Part shown: positions 41,480 to 55,463 of the stretch, one piece after another
Numbering within the stretch: the first letter of the stretch is position 1
Layout: each line of letters opens with the position of its first letter
From: the human T2T-CHM13v2.0 reference genome, Homo sapiens
Assembly (NCBI RefSeq): GCF_009914755.1
Contig: NC_060926.1
DNA: 64,000 nt
Strand: one strand, 5' to 3'
Notes under the pieces: generated by a model
What the model was told of the DNA's origin: nothing
The model's database searches: none
The model's input: the letters and a program-made list of their open reading frames with translations, nothing else
Translations under genes and position numbers: made by a program

Positions 41480-42205
41480 TAATCTTTTGCTTAAAATTAT
41501 GAAAGGCTTTCCAGTTCCTATAGAATAAAGTCCATGCTCCTTAGCATAATTTGATTCTACTTAGGTACAGGTTCTTATCTCATTCCTCTGTCCCCACTCA
41601 GCTCCCAGAACTTAACTGTTTTATTTGGGTTAATGTCAAATAGCTTATAGATGATTGAATACACTGTGTTGCTTTAGAGCGCTATGACTTTGCATCTGCT
41701 AGTTCTCTCTGAGGTGTCTCATCCCTCCACCCACTTCTAACTAGTTCCATCCACATGCAAAATATTCATGCTTCAAAACCCACAGCTCAGGTGTCATCAA
41801 CTCAGAAAGGCTTTTCTGATGTCCCTAGATGAGATAAATCTTTGCGCTCTCTTCTGTAATAATGTTTTAACATACATACATTTCACTCTTCACCCATGTC
41901 ACACTGTATTGTTTCTATTTTTACATTTGCTATTGTCTTCTATTAGACCATAAAATCTTTGATGGCAAGGAATGTGTCATGTACTTTCCTCCCGCAAATG
42001 TTAGCTACTTGAGGGCAAAAATGCTGTTTTGTCTTCAGAATCTTCAGAATCTAACAGTCCCTGGCATGTAATATGCACTCAGCAGATACAATAAGTATTA
42101 ATATTTCAAAGAATAAGTGAATGGATAGGTTCATCTTGTCCTCATTCTTAGCAAAGTACCTGACCCAAACAGGCATATAATAAAAAAATTGCCAATCACT
42201 TGAAT
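41480..42205 (+). mobile_element. L2 3' fragments (probably 2-3 pieces)
   Basis: agaataaagtccatgctccttagcat; tattagaccataaaatctttgatggcaagg; cctggcatgtaatatgcactcag. Confidence 0.65.
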
Positions 42206-42705
42206 TGATTCTAAAATTAAACTTGATTACTCCTATGCTTTTGATTTCCTATAGAGGAAAAGAAGACAGCATTTTTTAGTGATTGTACATATGAACTCTA
42301 CCTGGGATACATATAGGTAAACATTTATAAGATATATTCTTAATTCCTCCTGTATTACTTAAGTAAAATTGTTATCCATTATATATCAATAATTAATATG
42401 CTAAATCTTCATATCAGTTACAAATCAGACAAAACTAATATAGGATGAGTCACCTTTATCAACCTCATTGCTATCTACTTGAGGTTCATATTGAGAAGAC
42501 AGTTAGCCTACTGATCCCAACAGTTCCTTTCCAAAGGCTTCTCCTGAACTGTGAGAATGTCTTCAAACAAAACTTGATTTAAAAAAAGGATAAAACAGTT
42601 AAATGCTAGTTCAATTTCTGACTTGTTATGGGCAACATGAAAGCTGCAATTGTTTCTGATGAGAAAGTCAAGAGTACATTTTTTTTTTAACCCTTCTTTA
42701 TCTAG

Positions 42706-43083
<378 letters not shown>

Positions 43084-43425
43084 AAATACATTTTATTCTT
43101 ATGAGTATATTCCATGCAAGTTTAGATTCTATTAAAAAAATACTAACAACTACCCTTTGATTGAAGCTTATGATTTTCTAAAATCTGGGGACAAAGGACA
43201 GAGAAATTCTCATTGTGCGTCTAAAGTTCCCCGAATTGAAAAGCAAATCCTAGAGATAGCAGAAATGCAGCTAGATTTTATCAACTTGGTAGAACAGTTT
43301 GAGGGCTATTTCTAGGCAAAAGAAATAGGCGCTACAGTAGAGAAAATTATTCAGCTATCATGTTGCTCCTCCTTTTCATTTTCACTGATAATCAATCAGC
43401 TTTTAATCAGAAACAATTTTGAAGG

Positions 43426-43504
43426 GTTTTTTTGTTGTTTGTTGTTCATTTGTTTTTGTTTTGTTTGTTTGTTTTGTTTTTTTGTTTTTGGGTTTTGTCT
43501 GTTT
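43426..43504. repeat. Imperfect (TTTG)n low-complexity tract
   Basis: Direct inspection. Confidence 0.85.
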
Positions 43505-45934
43505 AGTAAAAGGATTCATTTCACTTTAGGAAAACTCAGCAAAGTGTAGAAGGGGAAGTTGGCACTTAGCCTAGACCTTTTGTGTCTTCAAGTTTCCAAG
43601 TTCTAAGAACAGCATGGAGCCCTGCTATGTTAGAGAGGGAACACATCTGAGAGATGAGAATGAGTATATCTGGAAGATCACAGATGTAACAGGAGGCTTA
43701 GCCTAAGGAAAGCACCAACTGGATAATGAGAGTTACCAAGAAAAGGTAATGACAGCATCTCAAAAACAACACTAAAGCTATTATGTTCAATAACTTGTAT
43801 AAATGCTTTATAAGTGTATCCCAAAGCCTACAAACAACATCTAGCTAATAACATTCAAGATTTGTACGTTCCTTATGTAAGTTAAAGTGGACACATTGGG
43901 TGTTCCAATGCAGAAGAATACAGAGAAATGCCACGGGCTGAATATTTGGGCAAAGACTAACATTCTCTTGCTGACAAACATGTCTTTGTATTTTGACATA
44001 AACTTCTTATGTGCAGATTGGTTCTGTGGAAATTACAAACTTTTTGAAGTCAGGGGAAGGGATGAAAGTAAAATTAAAAATTAATCTTTTCTAAGGAACG
44101 TTGTAAATCTAATAGACATTAAATAACTGCTTGAAATTCTAATCAGATAAAAACATCTAGACCAAACAATAAAGTTTAGATGGACACCGGGGAATGAGAG
44201 CAAATATTTTTCAAGATACTTCTTCAAAGGGCACTACAACAGAGAATGATTCTTAGAATCTCAGGGATTTTGAAAAAATTAGCCGTTGTATTTCTTTGTA
44301 TTTATTTCACAAAAAGTATTGTTCTTTAATCATGTATTTATTTAAAGTAGCCATAACATTCCATGTATCATTTTCAAAATGGTGATGAAATATATTATTA
44401 TGGGATAAACTTTCAGGTATATAGAAATATGTGATGTAACTTTTGAAAAATGTGGAGAAGCTACTTCCTGCCTATAGGAGGTAGCTTTAAAAATGTGGAG
44501 AATTCCCAAATATTTCCTTTTATAAATACAATATAAAATTCATTATCCTAGAATATAATCTATTATATATTAGTCTCTTTATTTATATATATGAAGAAAA
44601 AATCTAGATAAAAATATCATTGAATAGTTCCTTCATGATTAATTGGATTCAGTAAGCAAAATCTAACAACTTTATAATTCTAGTCAAATATGGTCCTTCC
44701 TTTAGGCTTCTCCAAGGCTTTTTACTACAACTAAGGTATCCAGCTGCACTCTACCTTTACTGAGTGAGTCCCCATGGTTACCAGCAAAGTGTGTGACTGA
44801 AACAAAGAGGACGGCTGTTCAAAAATGTATGTCTAAAATATCTCTACCTAAGACATTTTTTTCTTTTGTACTTTGTGTGTTCTGATTCTCAAAACAATTG
44901 AGTTACTCGTTGATTCTTTTTTTCTCCTCCATAAGGAAAAGAAAAATGATTTTTCTGACCACTGAATTGTTAAAGCTTCTTCTTCTTTCACCATATCTAT
45001 AAATCATGGTGTTAAAGTTACAGAGGAGAAGGTCAGTTTTGTTGTATATATGGATAATATTGCTTAGCTAAGTGCTAGACTAAGATAATAAAATAAGAGC
45101 AACAGAAGAATATGTTGTATTCTCAGTTATGTAAAGAAATGCCTTTTCTTAAAGCTTTTTCCTCATTTCATGGATATGAACATCTTCTCTAGGGCATGAT
45201 CGGGGAAGAGAAGAAAAGTAAAGTAAAAATAAATGTGTGTTTGTGAGTGTTTATTGTTAGCATTTGTGATATAGGTTTTGTTTAGAGAAAGAAACTTAAG
45301 GCATCTGGCAAATTGGTGGTTTGTGAATTGTAGTGAATTTAAATGGTCAATATCATTCTTAACCTTGATTCTATCTCCCAATGAAATAAAAATTTATTTT
45401 CTCATTTATTTAGTGAATGTGTATTAGTACTTTATATTCCGGGTGCTATACTAGTTTTGGAGGGCCTGAAAATGAAAGAAGTAATTTCTGCTTTCATGAT
45501 ACCCAGCCTAGCAGAGGAAAGAGAAGAGAATCACTAATAAATCCCATATACACGTTTTATATGAACTATAACTATGTTTCAGAAGAATAATGATTGTATA
45601 CTTTCTGCTCACTGCCTTTGAATCATAAAATTTTCTTTGAAGGGTTACTAATAGCACTAGTTTCCTTTTTATATATGGTTGAACTAATCTCTGACAACCG
45701 TAATTCTTCACCTTTGTGAAGGATCTTGAAGAGAGGATACTTTACATGGCTACATTTTGCCTCTTTAATGCTTAGTACCTCTTTCATTATAGATTGAGGA
45801 CAGCTATAATTAATATTTTAAAAGAAAGTCACAACATAATTTCATAGATGTATTTTAAACTTTTGAGAACTTCTTATTAAGTAGTGCTCAGCATTGTTCA
45901 GTAACTTGCTTATGCTGAGTAGCAATAATCATCG

Positions 45935-46120
45935 CCAGCTTTAACTGAACAATTATCATGTGCCAGCTTCTGTGATAACCATTTTATATGTATTTTTAAT
46001 TTTCAACCACTCTGCAACACAGAAATTATGATTACCTCTTTCAGAATAGGGAAAATAAGGTTCAGAGAGGTTAACAGAGTCAGCACATGGGACCATTCTG
46101 ACTCCAAAGCCTGTGCTTCT
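45935..46120 (-). mobile_element. MIR
   Basis: gggaaaataaggttcagagaggttaa...tctgactccaaagcctgtgct. Confidence 0.65.
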
Positions 46121-47324
46121 TCTCCTAGAGAGATGCCACACACAAATGCCTACCACCACAAAAAAAAGAAAAGAAAAGAAAAGGAAAGAAAAAAGGAGGA
46201 ATCCATGTCATTCCAACCATAGTCTCTTGTTTTTAGCTGCATGCTAAATAACAAAATATATCCAAAGTCTTCCACCTCTAATATATTTATGTGGAAACTA
46301 CATAAGTACATATTTTGCCAAATTTAAGTGAACTATGTTTTTTTTTTTAGTTCAGGTATTTTTTTCTTAATTTCCAGAAGCTAAATAAATCATAAAATAT
46401 GGAAGTAGACACCTTCAAAGGGCATGCCAGTTATATAAATATTTTAACTGAGAATTCAATGTTTCAATCAGTTTAGTCTATTTTAAAGTTGGAAGTACCT
46501 AGATTATGAGTCTTTTTGCTTTAATTTTACTTTCTTTAAAAATATATGTACTTTTTAAGTAGTTTATATTACTGTTTAATTTTTTCTGATGGAAAGTAAC
46601 ACACACTATTATTTGGTGAATAGAAAAATTTTAGTAGTTTTTTTTTTCTTCTCTAATGATTTTTAGAAAGAAAACACTTATATATTTTTCCTCATTTATG
46701 TGGTTTATTTCACCTTATAACACAAGCTGATATGAACAATAAGAACAGAATTGAAAAGTGCAGTTCTCTAAAAAGAACATATGAAGGAATATTGATGGCT
46801 TTGCAGCTTGCTATCTCAAACTAACAAAATACTTCAGCACGGATAAGAGTCTCATAAATCTAGCCCTTTTTTGTTAATTTAAAAACAATTTAGAGTAGTA
46901 GGGCATCACTATTTCTAACTCGTCTCTGCCAGTTGCCCTATATTCACCTCCATACCTAGCATGGTAGCTCCGGTAAGTGTTTATCATAAGCATTTGGGAT
47001 ATTCATGTACACTGAGTAGTACAACTTAATGAGCTTCTCTGTGAACTTCTGATTTTGGCCTTCAGGCTGTTTGTGACCTGCTCTAAGACTGTGGTCTTTT
47101 CTCCTTGGGCTCTGCTTCATGGGCTTTTCACTGCCGTGAGATTGATTTTTACCCTTTGCCTTCTTCAACTTTTGCGTATTTAATTGCTTTCTTCTCTTCT
47201 GCCTATCTAGACCCTATTTACCTTTCACTTATCAGTTAAATCTCTTTTAACTATTCTGTTCTAATCTGAATACGGAAACTTTTCAGGAGAGGTCTTCTAA
47301 CAAGCTCCTAAATCTACAACCAGG

Positions 47325-47520
47325 AGCAGAGTCTGAAGAGACTTCTTGGTTCAAATCCCAGTTCTATCAGTGGGAGTTACGTGAACTTGACCAAGTTACT
47401 TAACCTCTCTGCCTCAGTACGTACTTCCATCTGTAAAACTGATCAATAACAAAAAACAAAAAAAACAAAGAAAGTGGAAACTGAATGTGTTCATGTATGT
47501 AAAACATTTAGAAAAGTGTA
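47325..47520 (+). mobile_element. MIR
   Basis: ggttcaaatcccagttct...aagttacttaacctctctgcctcag...catctgtaaaa. Confidence 0.75.
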
Positions 47521-50029
47521 GCGTATGTTATTTTAGAAAAACGGTAAACGGGTTACAAAATTATAGCTGCCTACCACTAGCTGCCAATGTTTAGTTGTTG
47601 CTGTTTTTTTTCATAATCTATCCAGAGGTCTTTACTGTAAACAGATATATCTAAGCTAATGAGTATAAAAAAAATTCAGGTTACCCATTGGTATTAAAAT
47701 AAAAGGGAAAGTACTAATCCTCTATCAGAAGGAACTGCTCAGGTGTGTTAAAGAATAATTAGCACCATCTTTAGTTTCCAGAATTGTTCACAAACATTAT
47801 TTAATTTTCAGCCAGCTTAATTTTAAAGTTTTTAGCTCATTTAATGACCTGAGGAATATAAAATGAGATAAAATTGAAAAAAGAAATAGTAGCAATATGG
47901 ATCATATTACATAAAAAAAAAAAACCAGTAGCATCTCATACTCAAATTACCGCGTTCTTTCAAAGCTTACATGACTAAAAAATAGTAAATTATGAAAAAG
48001 GGAAGCAGAAAAAAACAGTATCAATATAGAATATCCTATTCTCTGCAAAAGCTCAAAGACGTCTCTGGAGTGTCAAAGGCATGTCCTTCAATATTTAACT
48101 TTTTCACTCTTTGTTCCCCATCTCAAGTTGAACAATACGTTAATTACCCGATGAAGCATTATAATTACTCTAACAGCTCCACTCTTACTTATAATTACTG
48201 CATCAACACTTTCTTTTTCATATGCTTCAATCTATACCTATTACATTGTCATGATGAAGACACATTAACATTATAATACCGTATAATTAGCTGATGAGCA
48301 ATTAAATTATTCCACTGCTCTTGTTCCTCTTTGCCAAGAGGTTGCTTCCACGCTCTATTATCTCCTTTTTTCCTTCGGTTTGCTTTAGTGGTTCTCCCCC
48401 TACCCCACCCAAAACAAAGAAGCTCATAAGCTGTATTCAAAGCATTTTGATTTCAAATTCAGTATGGGTAAGTGCTCAAATTGGTGATAGTTGAAGAAAT
48501 AAATCGGCATTATAGGCAAGTTTTACTTTATTTTCATTTTGGTTCTACAATAAAGAATTGCAAATCCATGTAACACAATAAGACCTTGCAGGCGCTTTCC
48601 TTTCTACATGCTGATCTTTTTTGTTTTAAAGATTAAAATTTTCCATAATTTACAGCAAAATTGTTTAGACTATATTAGATTCTACCTGAAATATAGCCAT
48701 CATGAATTATTTTACAAATACTTCAAATTAGGTTTTCACGGAAGCTTTGAAGTTTTGGAAATTGGGAACATAAAATAAAATCATGCACGATTGTGTAGCT
48801 AAATATGACAGTATACTGCTCAATGAAAGCAACCAGGTGCTTTCCGTTATTATTTTTTCTTTTTGTTTTTCTTTATGCTACATATCAAAAACCTATCCTT
48901 CAATCTGACTTGTCCAGTTGACATTTAATCTACATAACATTTCCTTTAAGTGCCTATAATCTTTCTTTGTGGTTTTAGTATGCTTTTTTGAAGCTCCCTG
49001 TAAGGAAACTGGATCTCGCTCCTTGGTTAAAGACTTACTTTAGTTCAAATAAACTTCGGAACTAATTGGAATACAATTTTAATGCCTCCAAAATACTTGT
49101 CATCCACATGGTTTACCATTGTGATCATTTGCTGCATTTATATTGCAAACTAGTTCAGTTGTTGTTTAGTCTATATTTTATAAGAGAACTAAATCTTTCT
49201 TAGATAATTACTTTGGAGAAACATTATGAGCTATGGAAGAAAAGTGGAATTCATTTTACAAGCAAGGCCTATGCCAATAAAATGACTTTTGTTGTCTCAG
49301 CTTAGTTTCTTTAGCTGTGCGGCAAAGGAAAATCTATTGAGTACTACAGTCTCATATGCAGAAACTTGCTTCTTCACTGAGAAGAGCCAGATGGGCCCTG
49401 CCAACATCACAAAGCCATTTAGGACTGTTAGTACCTTTATGCTTTGAAAGCAATGATAAACAAGTTACCTTTGACACGATATAGAAAAGCAACTAAGTCT
49501 TTACTTAAGTGACAATTAGTTCAGCTATAATCCTGTGACTTTCAAAGTCCTTAACTGTGATTTGATATTTTTTAGTTGACAAAGACTCAACTCTCATGCT
49601 TTTACATAGGTACGCTGTTTATTTTGCCTCAGGTCAAAACTAATCTCCCAAATTCTGATAAACTTTGTTAGAACCTGCATTTGTTTCTAATTGTGCTAGA
49701 AAAATGAAGTTTATCTAACCATTAATAAATGAGAATCTCTCTGTAGAGCAAAGAGGAGGCAATACATTATATCAGATGTAACTTGGTCTACTGACAGATA
49801 TTAAAGTGCAAAAGGTATCAAAATGCAATCAAGATTAACAGGGATTTCAGATAAAATGTTAGCTGTAATAATGTGACACTCTCACTTCAAATTCAAATTA
49901 TTAATACATTGTAAATAAGGATCTTATATTGATTTTCATTATATGCAGTTAAGATGCCTACTATTTTCAGCTCTCATAAATAGGTTTGCTAGTATACATG
50001 TTAAAAGCCAGAGAATAAGTGAATAAGAA

Positions 50030-50270
50030 TTAGAGAGTAAGAACCTGACCATTGAATCAGGCCCTGCTCCAACACTTACTACATTTGTGACCTTGAACAA
50101 GTTATTTAATCTTCCTAAGTCTATTTGCAGCCATAAAATTATAGCAGTACCTATCTTGTCAGGTTACCAGAAGGATAAAATGAAAAATTTAATGTAAAGC
50201 ACTTAGCACAGTGCCTAGCATAATGTGATCACTCAATAAATATTACATATTATCATTATTCCCTATTATT
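50030..50270 (+). mobile_element. MIR
   Basis: tgtgaccttgaacaagttatttaatctt...atgtaaagcacttagcacagtgcctagca. Confidence 0.8.
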
Positions 50271-51499
50271 AGCTTAAAGGTTATTTTTCTTTATGTTCTT
50301 TGGAAAACACGTCATACAAAGTTCATAATCATCGAGTGCTATAGTTTCTCATAAAATATTTGATCTGGAAAAGGTCTTAATTTTTGTTGTTGTTTTATTC
50401 TGAGTGCTTTATGTGCATTGTCTAGGGTCATAAGTTTAATTAGTGTCCAACTTAGTACTACACGGTAGTGTCTCCCAATAGTATATTTTTCCATGATACC
50501 ATTTTACTTAGGAGATCTGTGAAATTTGCTCAATTGGATTATAGTCGTTTAAAATATAGACATAAAATTTCAAGCATATATAAAAGTTACACTCGAAAAA
50601 TAAATTTTAATTTCAGAATCACCTGTAGCTGATTTGGACTCTTGCCATTATTCAAGATATAAGTACAAGTTTATTTTATTCTATATAAAAAAACCAAAAT
50701 CCTCTTTCAATGCCGATATTTCTGCCGCCTTTTGGTTGAAGTACTGAGTTTTTTTCTAGTCTACCTAACCCTCCCCCTTTTGAAACAGATTTCGTATCAG
50801 AGTTACTGTATTTCCTTCACAATGAATTATTATAACTAATGGTTTCTATTTTTTTCTCCCACATTCAGGATTACTCCTCTTATATTACAATAAATTTTAA
50901 CATCTACTAGCTTTTATAACACTTTCTTTTACATTCTGAAGACTGTATAAATTCTCAACTCCTAATCATAAAACTTTTGATGTTAGTACAAAGCTTCAAA
51001 AGGATGCAATGCTTATTGTTGGCTAATATGTTATCTGGAGGATCTTACTCCCATACCTCCTTAAACTGATACCCTTATAGTTCAGGGAATCTTTTATGTC
51101 CCAAAGTCCTAATCATAGAAAAAGGAACCATAAATGACCCTGATTGAAGCTGAAAAAATATTTTCTTTCTTTCTTTTTTTTTCTTTCTTCTCAGTTCCAA
51201 TTGTTATGTGTTGTTTTTGATGGGATAGATAGGATTTCAGTATCATCAGGGTCTGGCAGCAATAGGCTCAAAGATCTAATGAGCCTCTGACACTTCATTA
51301 CCCGTCATATATTAACAGTTAACATAATAGCCATCAAAAGCTTAAAAAAGCTTTATTCTCACAATTGTTTATTGACCAAAAAATAATTATGTTATATGAA
51401 TCTTGCATAAAAATATTGGTAATTGTCTTCTCAACTTGACCTTTGGGACTTGGATTCCCTTGGTATGGCAATTAAATATACTACGTGAGAATAAAACTA

Positions 51500-51919
<420 letters not shown>

Positions 51920-52549
51920 TTAGCCTCAGGGAGGACTAAGTAAGAGTGGATCATACCTGGAAATGAGACTGAACAGTACCAACATGAAACGTCAATAAGA
52001 CTTAAGGCTGATAGATGAACCTGAAAAGGCTTCTTTCTCCTGTCCTTACAGATGAACAAACCGCTACTGTGTCCAAGAATAGCTTTTACAATCAAAGTAG
52101 TCTGCTGAAATAACCAAGAGTGACAATCAGCTCTTAACTTCAAAAGGGAACTTCACATTTCCCGATGCTTCATTTACAAATGACCAGTAATATATATATC
52201 CTTGGCAGAGATGAACATTTGTAGCTATATCTCTAAGCACAAGGACAGAGATGTCAAACCCTCCTACTTTGTATCACCAATATATTCTATGGAATAAACC
52301 GTCTTAGACTCACTGGTATTCAGGGATTCTCTCATTCAAGCTATCACAATTCTCATGATCCACCGTTTGCCTCTGAAGATGACAATTTGGATAAATGAGT
52401 AAAGATGGGAAACCCAATCCATGTTAATTTTTTTCAGACATGTGAAGTGGAGAAGAGAACCTGAAAATAATGCTGTTGAACAGAAATATGCGAAATCTAA
52501 AAATGGAGAGACCTAATTTTTTATGAGACATAATAAAAAAGCAAAAGGA

Positions 52550-52715
52550 AATAGAATCACAGCAGTTTGGTGCTACGAGACACCTAAGAGAATAAACTAA
52601 TCCCTTCACTTTACAGATGAGGGACCTAGGCCCCAGAGAGGTGAAGCCCATTAACCATGTTTGCACATAGTAAACAGTAGCACAGCTAGAGAAGTTCAGT
52701 TTTCTGACCCTACCC
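52550..52715 (-). mobile_element. MIR (MIRb/MIR3-like)
   Basis: actttacagatgagggacctaggccccagagaggtgaag. Confidence 0.65.
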
Positions 52716-53765
52716 ACTATGCAACAATAAATCTGGTAAGGGAGTATTTTGCTGTTTATAAGTTAAATGTGTGCAGTTTTGAAAAGAACATTAAAGAAAA
52801 GTATAGGATGGTCTAGATCTGATATCACTCCCATATGAGTTTCCATTTATATATTTACTATTACTTAGCAGTATTGATGTATTTATCATTTACCTTCGTA
52901 TTCATCAATTAATAGGACATTCTATTGTACAGAAGGATGTCTATTACAGTCCAGTGATTCTTATATTTTTCCACCAAATTGTCTATTTGCCATTGCAATG
53001 GAGTGGGAAATCTTAAAGCCAGGAGATTTGGGGGCCGTGGCACAAATCTATCAGATGTAATGGAAAAATTTCTTCACCTAGTGATATTTCATCCTAAGAG
53101 TAATGCAACGTTTGCTGTTTGCTGGTTGTCATGGTAAGCTGTTTTTTTCTCCCAAAAGTTCAAGGTAAATTAATGGCCCAAAAGTATACAAGATTTGCTT
53201 TGCTTAACCTTGTGGAATTCCTGCATATCTTCAAGAGTTCATCTACCTTGGATATACTGATTATATGCCATTTTCTTTTCCCAATTTGGAAGCTTACTAT
53301 AGAAAATAAGCACAAAGAGCTGAGTGCAAAAATAATTCATACAAAGGATATATTTTTGGGTTCTCTATTTCATGTAATAGCCATTATTCTCCCAAAAAGA
53401 ACATAATTTTAAGAGAAAAGTTACACTGAATTTTAACTGCATATTATATATTGTTGTCCTAAAATGAAGTAAAAAAAAACTTTTAAGTTTTCTACCTCTA
53501 ACACTCTTTATCCTAAACAAAATCCACCCACACTTTACAAATTATCCAGCAATGTTAACTCAAATATACATGAATTTGAATAATCTATGAGTATCAACTG
53601 ATTAATCAAAACAAAACTTCTAAATTATTCTCTTTAGTCTCAATAGCTTATCTAAATGGATGTGGACAGGATGAAACTACAAATATGTTTCACGAAAATA
53701 ACACTATTTTGCAAGAATGAAAAGAATCTTAACTTTCTTCTAATTCTCCATTTGACCATTCTTGA

Positions 53766-54105
<340 letters not shown>

Positions 54106-54159
54106 CTTCATATTAATTTTTAAAACAAATATTTATAGAATGCTTGATATTTGATGATT

Positions 54160-55200
54160 CTTATAGACAACACTCTTGTTTTCATGGAGTTTAGAGATAA
54201 TAATCAGACAGTAAGCAAACGTAAATAAATAAAAAGCACATTGTGATAGGTTCTATACAAGGAATTAAAGCAAAGTGATATAATGAGATTGATGTGTATG
54301 GAGAGGGTTACATTTTATTGGGTGTTCATGAGAGACTTCGTTGGGGTATGATATTTAAGCCCAGCTATAAGCTGACAAGAAAAACTGCATGTGAAGTCAG
54401 GGAAGAAAAAGTTCAGAAGATAAAATAGCTATGACAAAGGCCTTTGGGCAGAAATGGAAAGAGTGCCTCAGCTGGAACAGCATGGCTAAGGAAGGTGAGA
54501 TGGTGTCAGAAAGATGGGCAGAACCAAATTCTATAGAATTTTGTTATTTTACAAAAAGGTATGGAATATGACTTTTACTTTAAGTGCAATGGGAATCCTG
54601 GAGTATTTAAGTGGTGGAGTGATGACACTGTGTAATTGGTTTTCACAGTCTTAATCATACTAGCAGTAGTGTAAAGTAAGAATTGCAGGGGACACAGCTG
54701 GAAATGGAGGAAGCTATAGCAGTGATTTAGAGCAGGGTGCTGGTAGTAGACATGGAGACAAGTAAATATATTTGGGTTATGCTTTGGAAGGTAAAAATTA
54801 ATAAAATGGACTGATAGTTTGTTTAGCAGTGGAAAAGAGAAAAAGGAAAATCGAAGGTAATCCCTAGATATTTGGCTCAAGCAACAACTGGAGTGGGCAG
54901 CAGTGCCACAGTTTGAAATGGAAGAGACTGGGGAAAAATGAATTGGTGCTGGGGAAAGAGGAGTTGAGAATTCTGTTTTGACTTTGTAAAGTTTGAGATC
55001 CATATTCTACATCAAAGTGAAGGTGTCACGTAGTTAGTTGTATATTTAAATTTGGAGTTTCAGGGTGGTGACAGAGCTCCCTGAGAAGTATATTTGGGAA
55101 TCATGAGCACATACGTAGTATTTAAAACCCTGGGACTGGATGAGATCATTTAAGACAAGTGTGTTTAAAGAAAAAATATTCCCCTTAAGCATTCGAACAT
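54160..55200 (-). mobile_element. L2 (long fragment)
   Basis: ttttactttaagtgcaatgggaa; tttgggttatgctttggaaggtaaaattaataaaat; gttgagaattctgttttgactttgtaaagtttgagat. Confidence 0.75.
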
Positions 55201-55204
55201 GGAA

Positions 55205-55463
55205 TAAATAAGGAGAGGAAGTCCTACAACCTCAAGGAGTTGAATTCTGTCATCAACCAGTTGGGTTGGAAGAGAACCCAGAGCTGATACGAGAGTGCAA
55301 TCTGGGCACACACCTTGATTTCAGCCTGGTAAGGCTCTAAGCAAAGGACCCAGCTAAAGTTTATCCAGACTCATGACCAAATGAAAACCTTGCAGTTTAA
55401 ACAGATGCGTGTTTTACATTGCTAAGGTGGTGATTTGTTATATAGCAATAGAAAATTAATGCA
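55205..55463 (+). mobile_element. MaLR LTR 3' part, MLT1H-like
   Basis: acaccttgatttcagcctgg...ggacccagctaa...atttgttatatagcaatagaaaattaatgca. Confidence 0.7.

Noticed and set aside
54575-55003. 142-aa ORF
   Set aside because: It lies within a decayed L2; no sign of a cellular gene.
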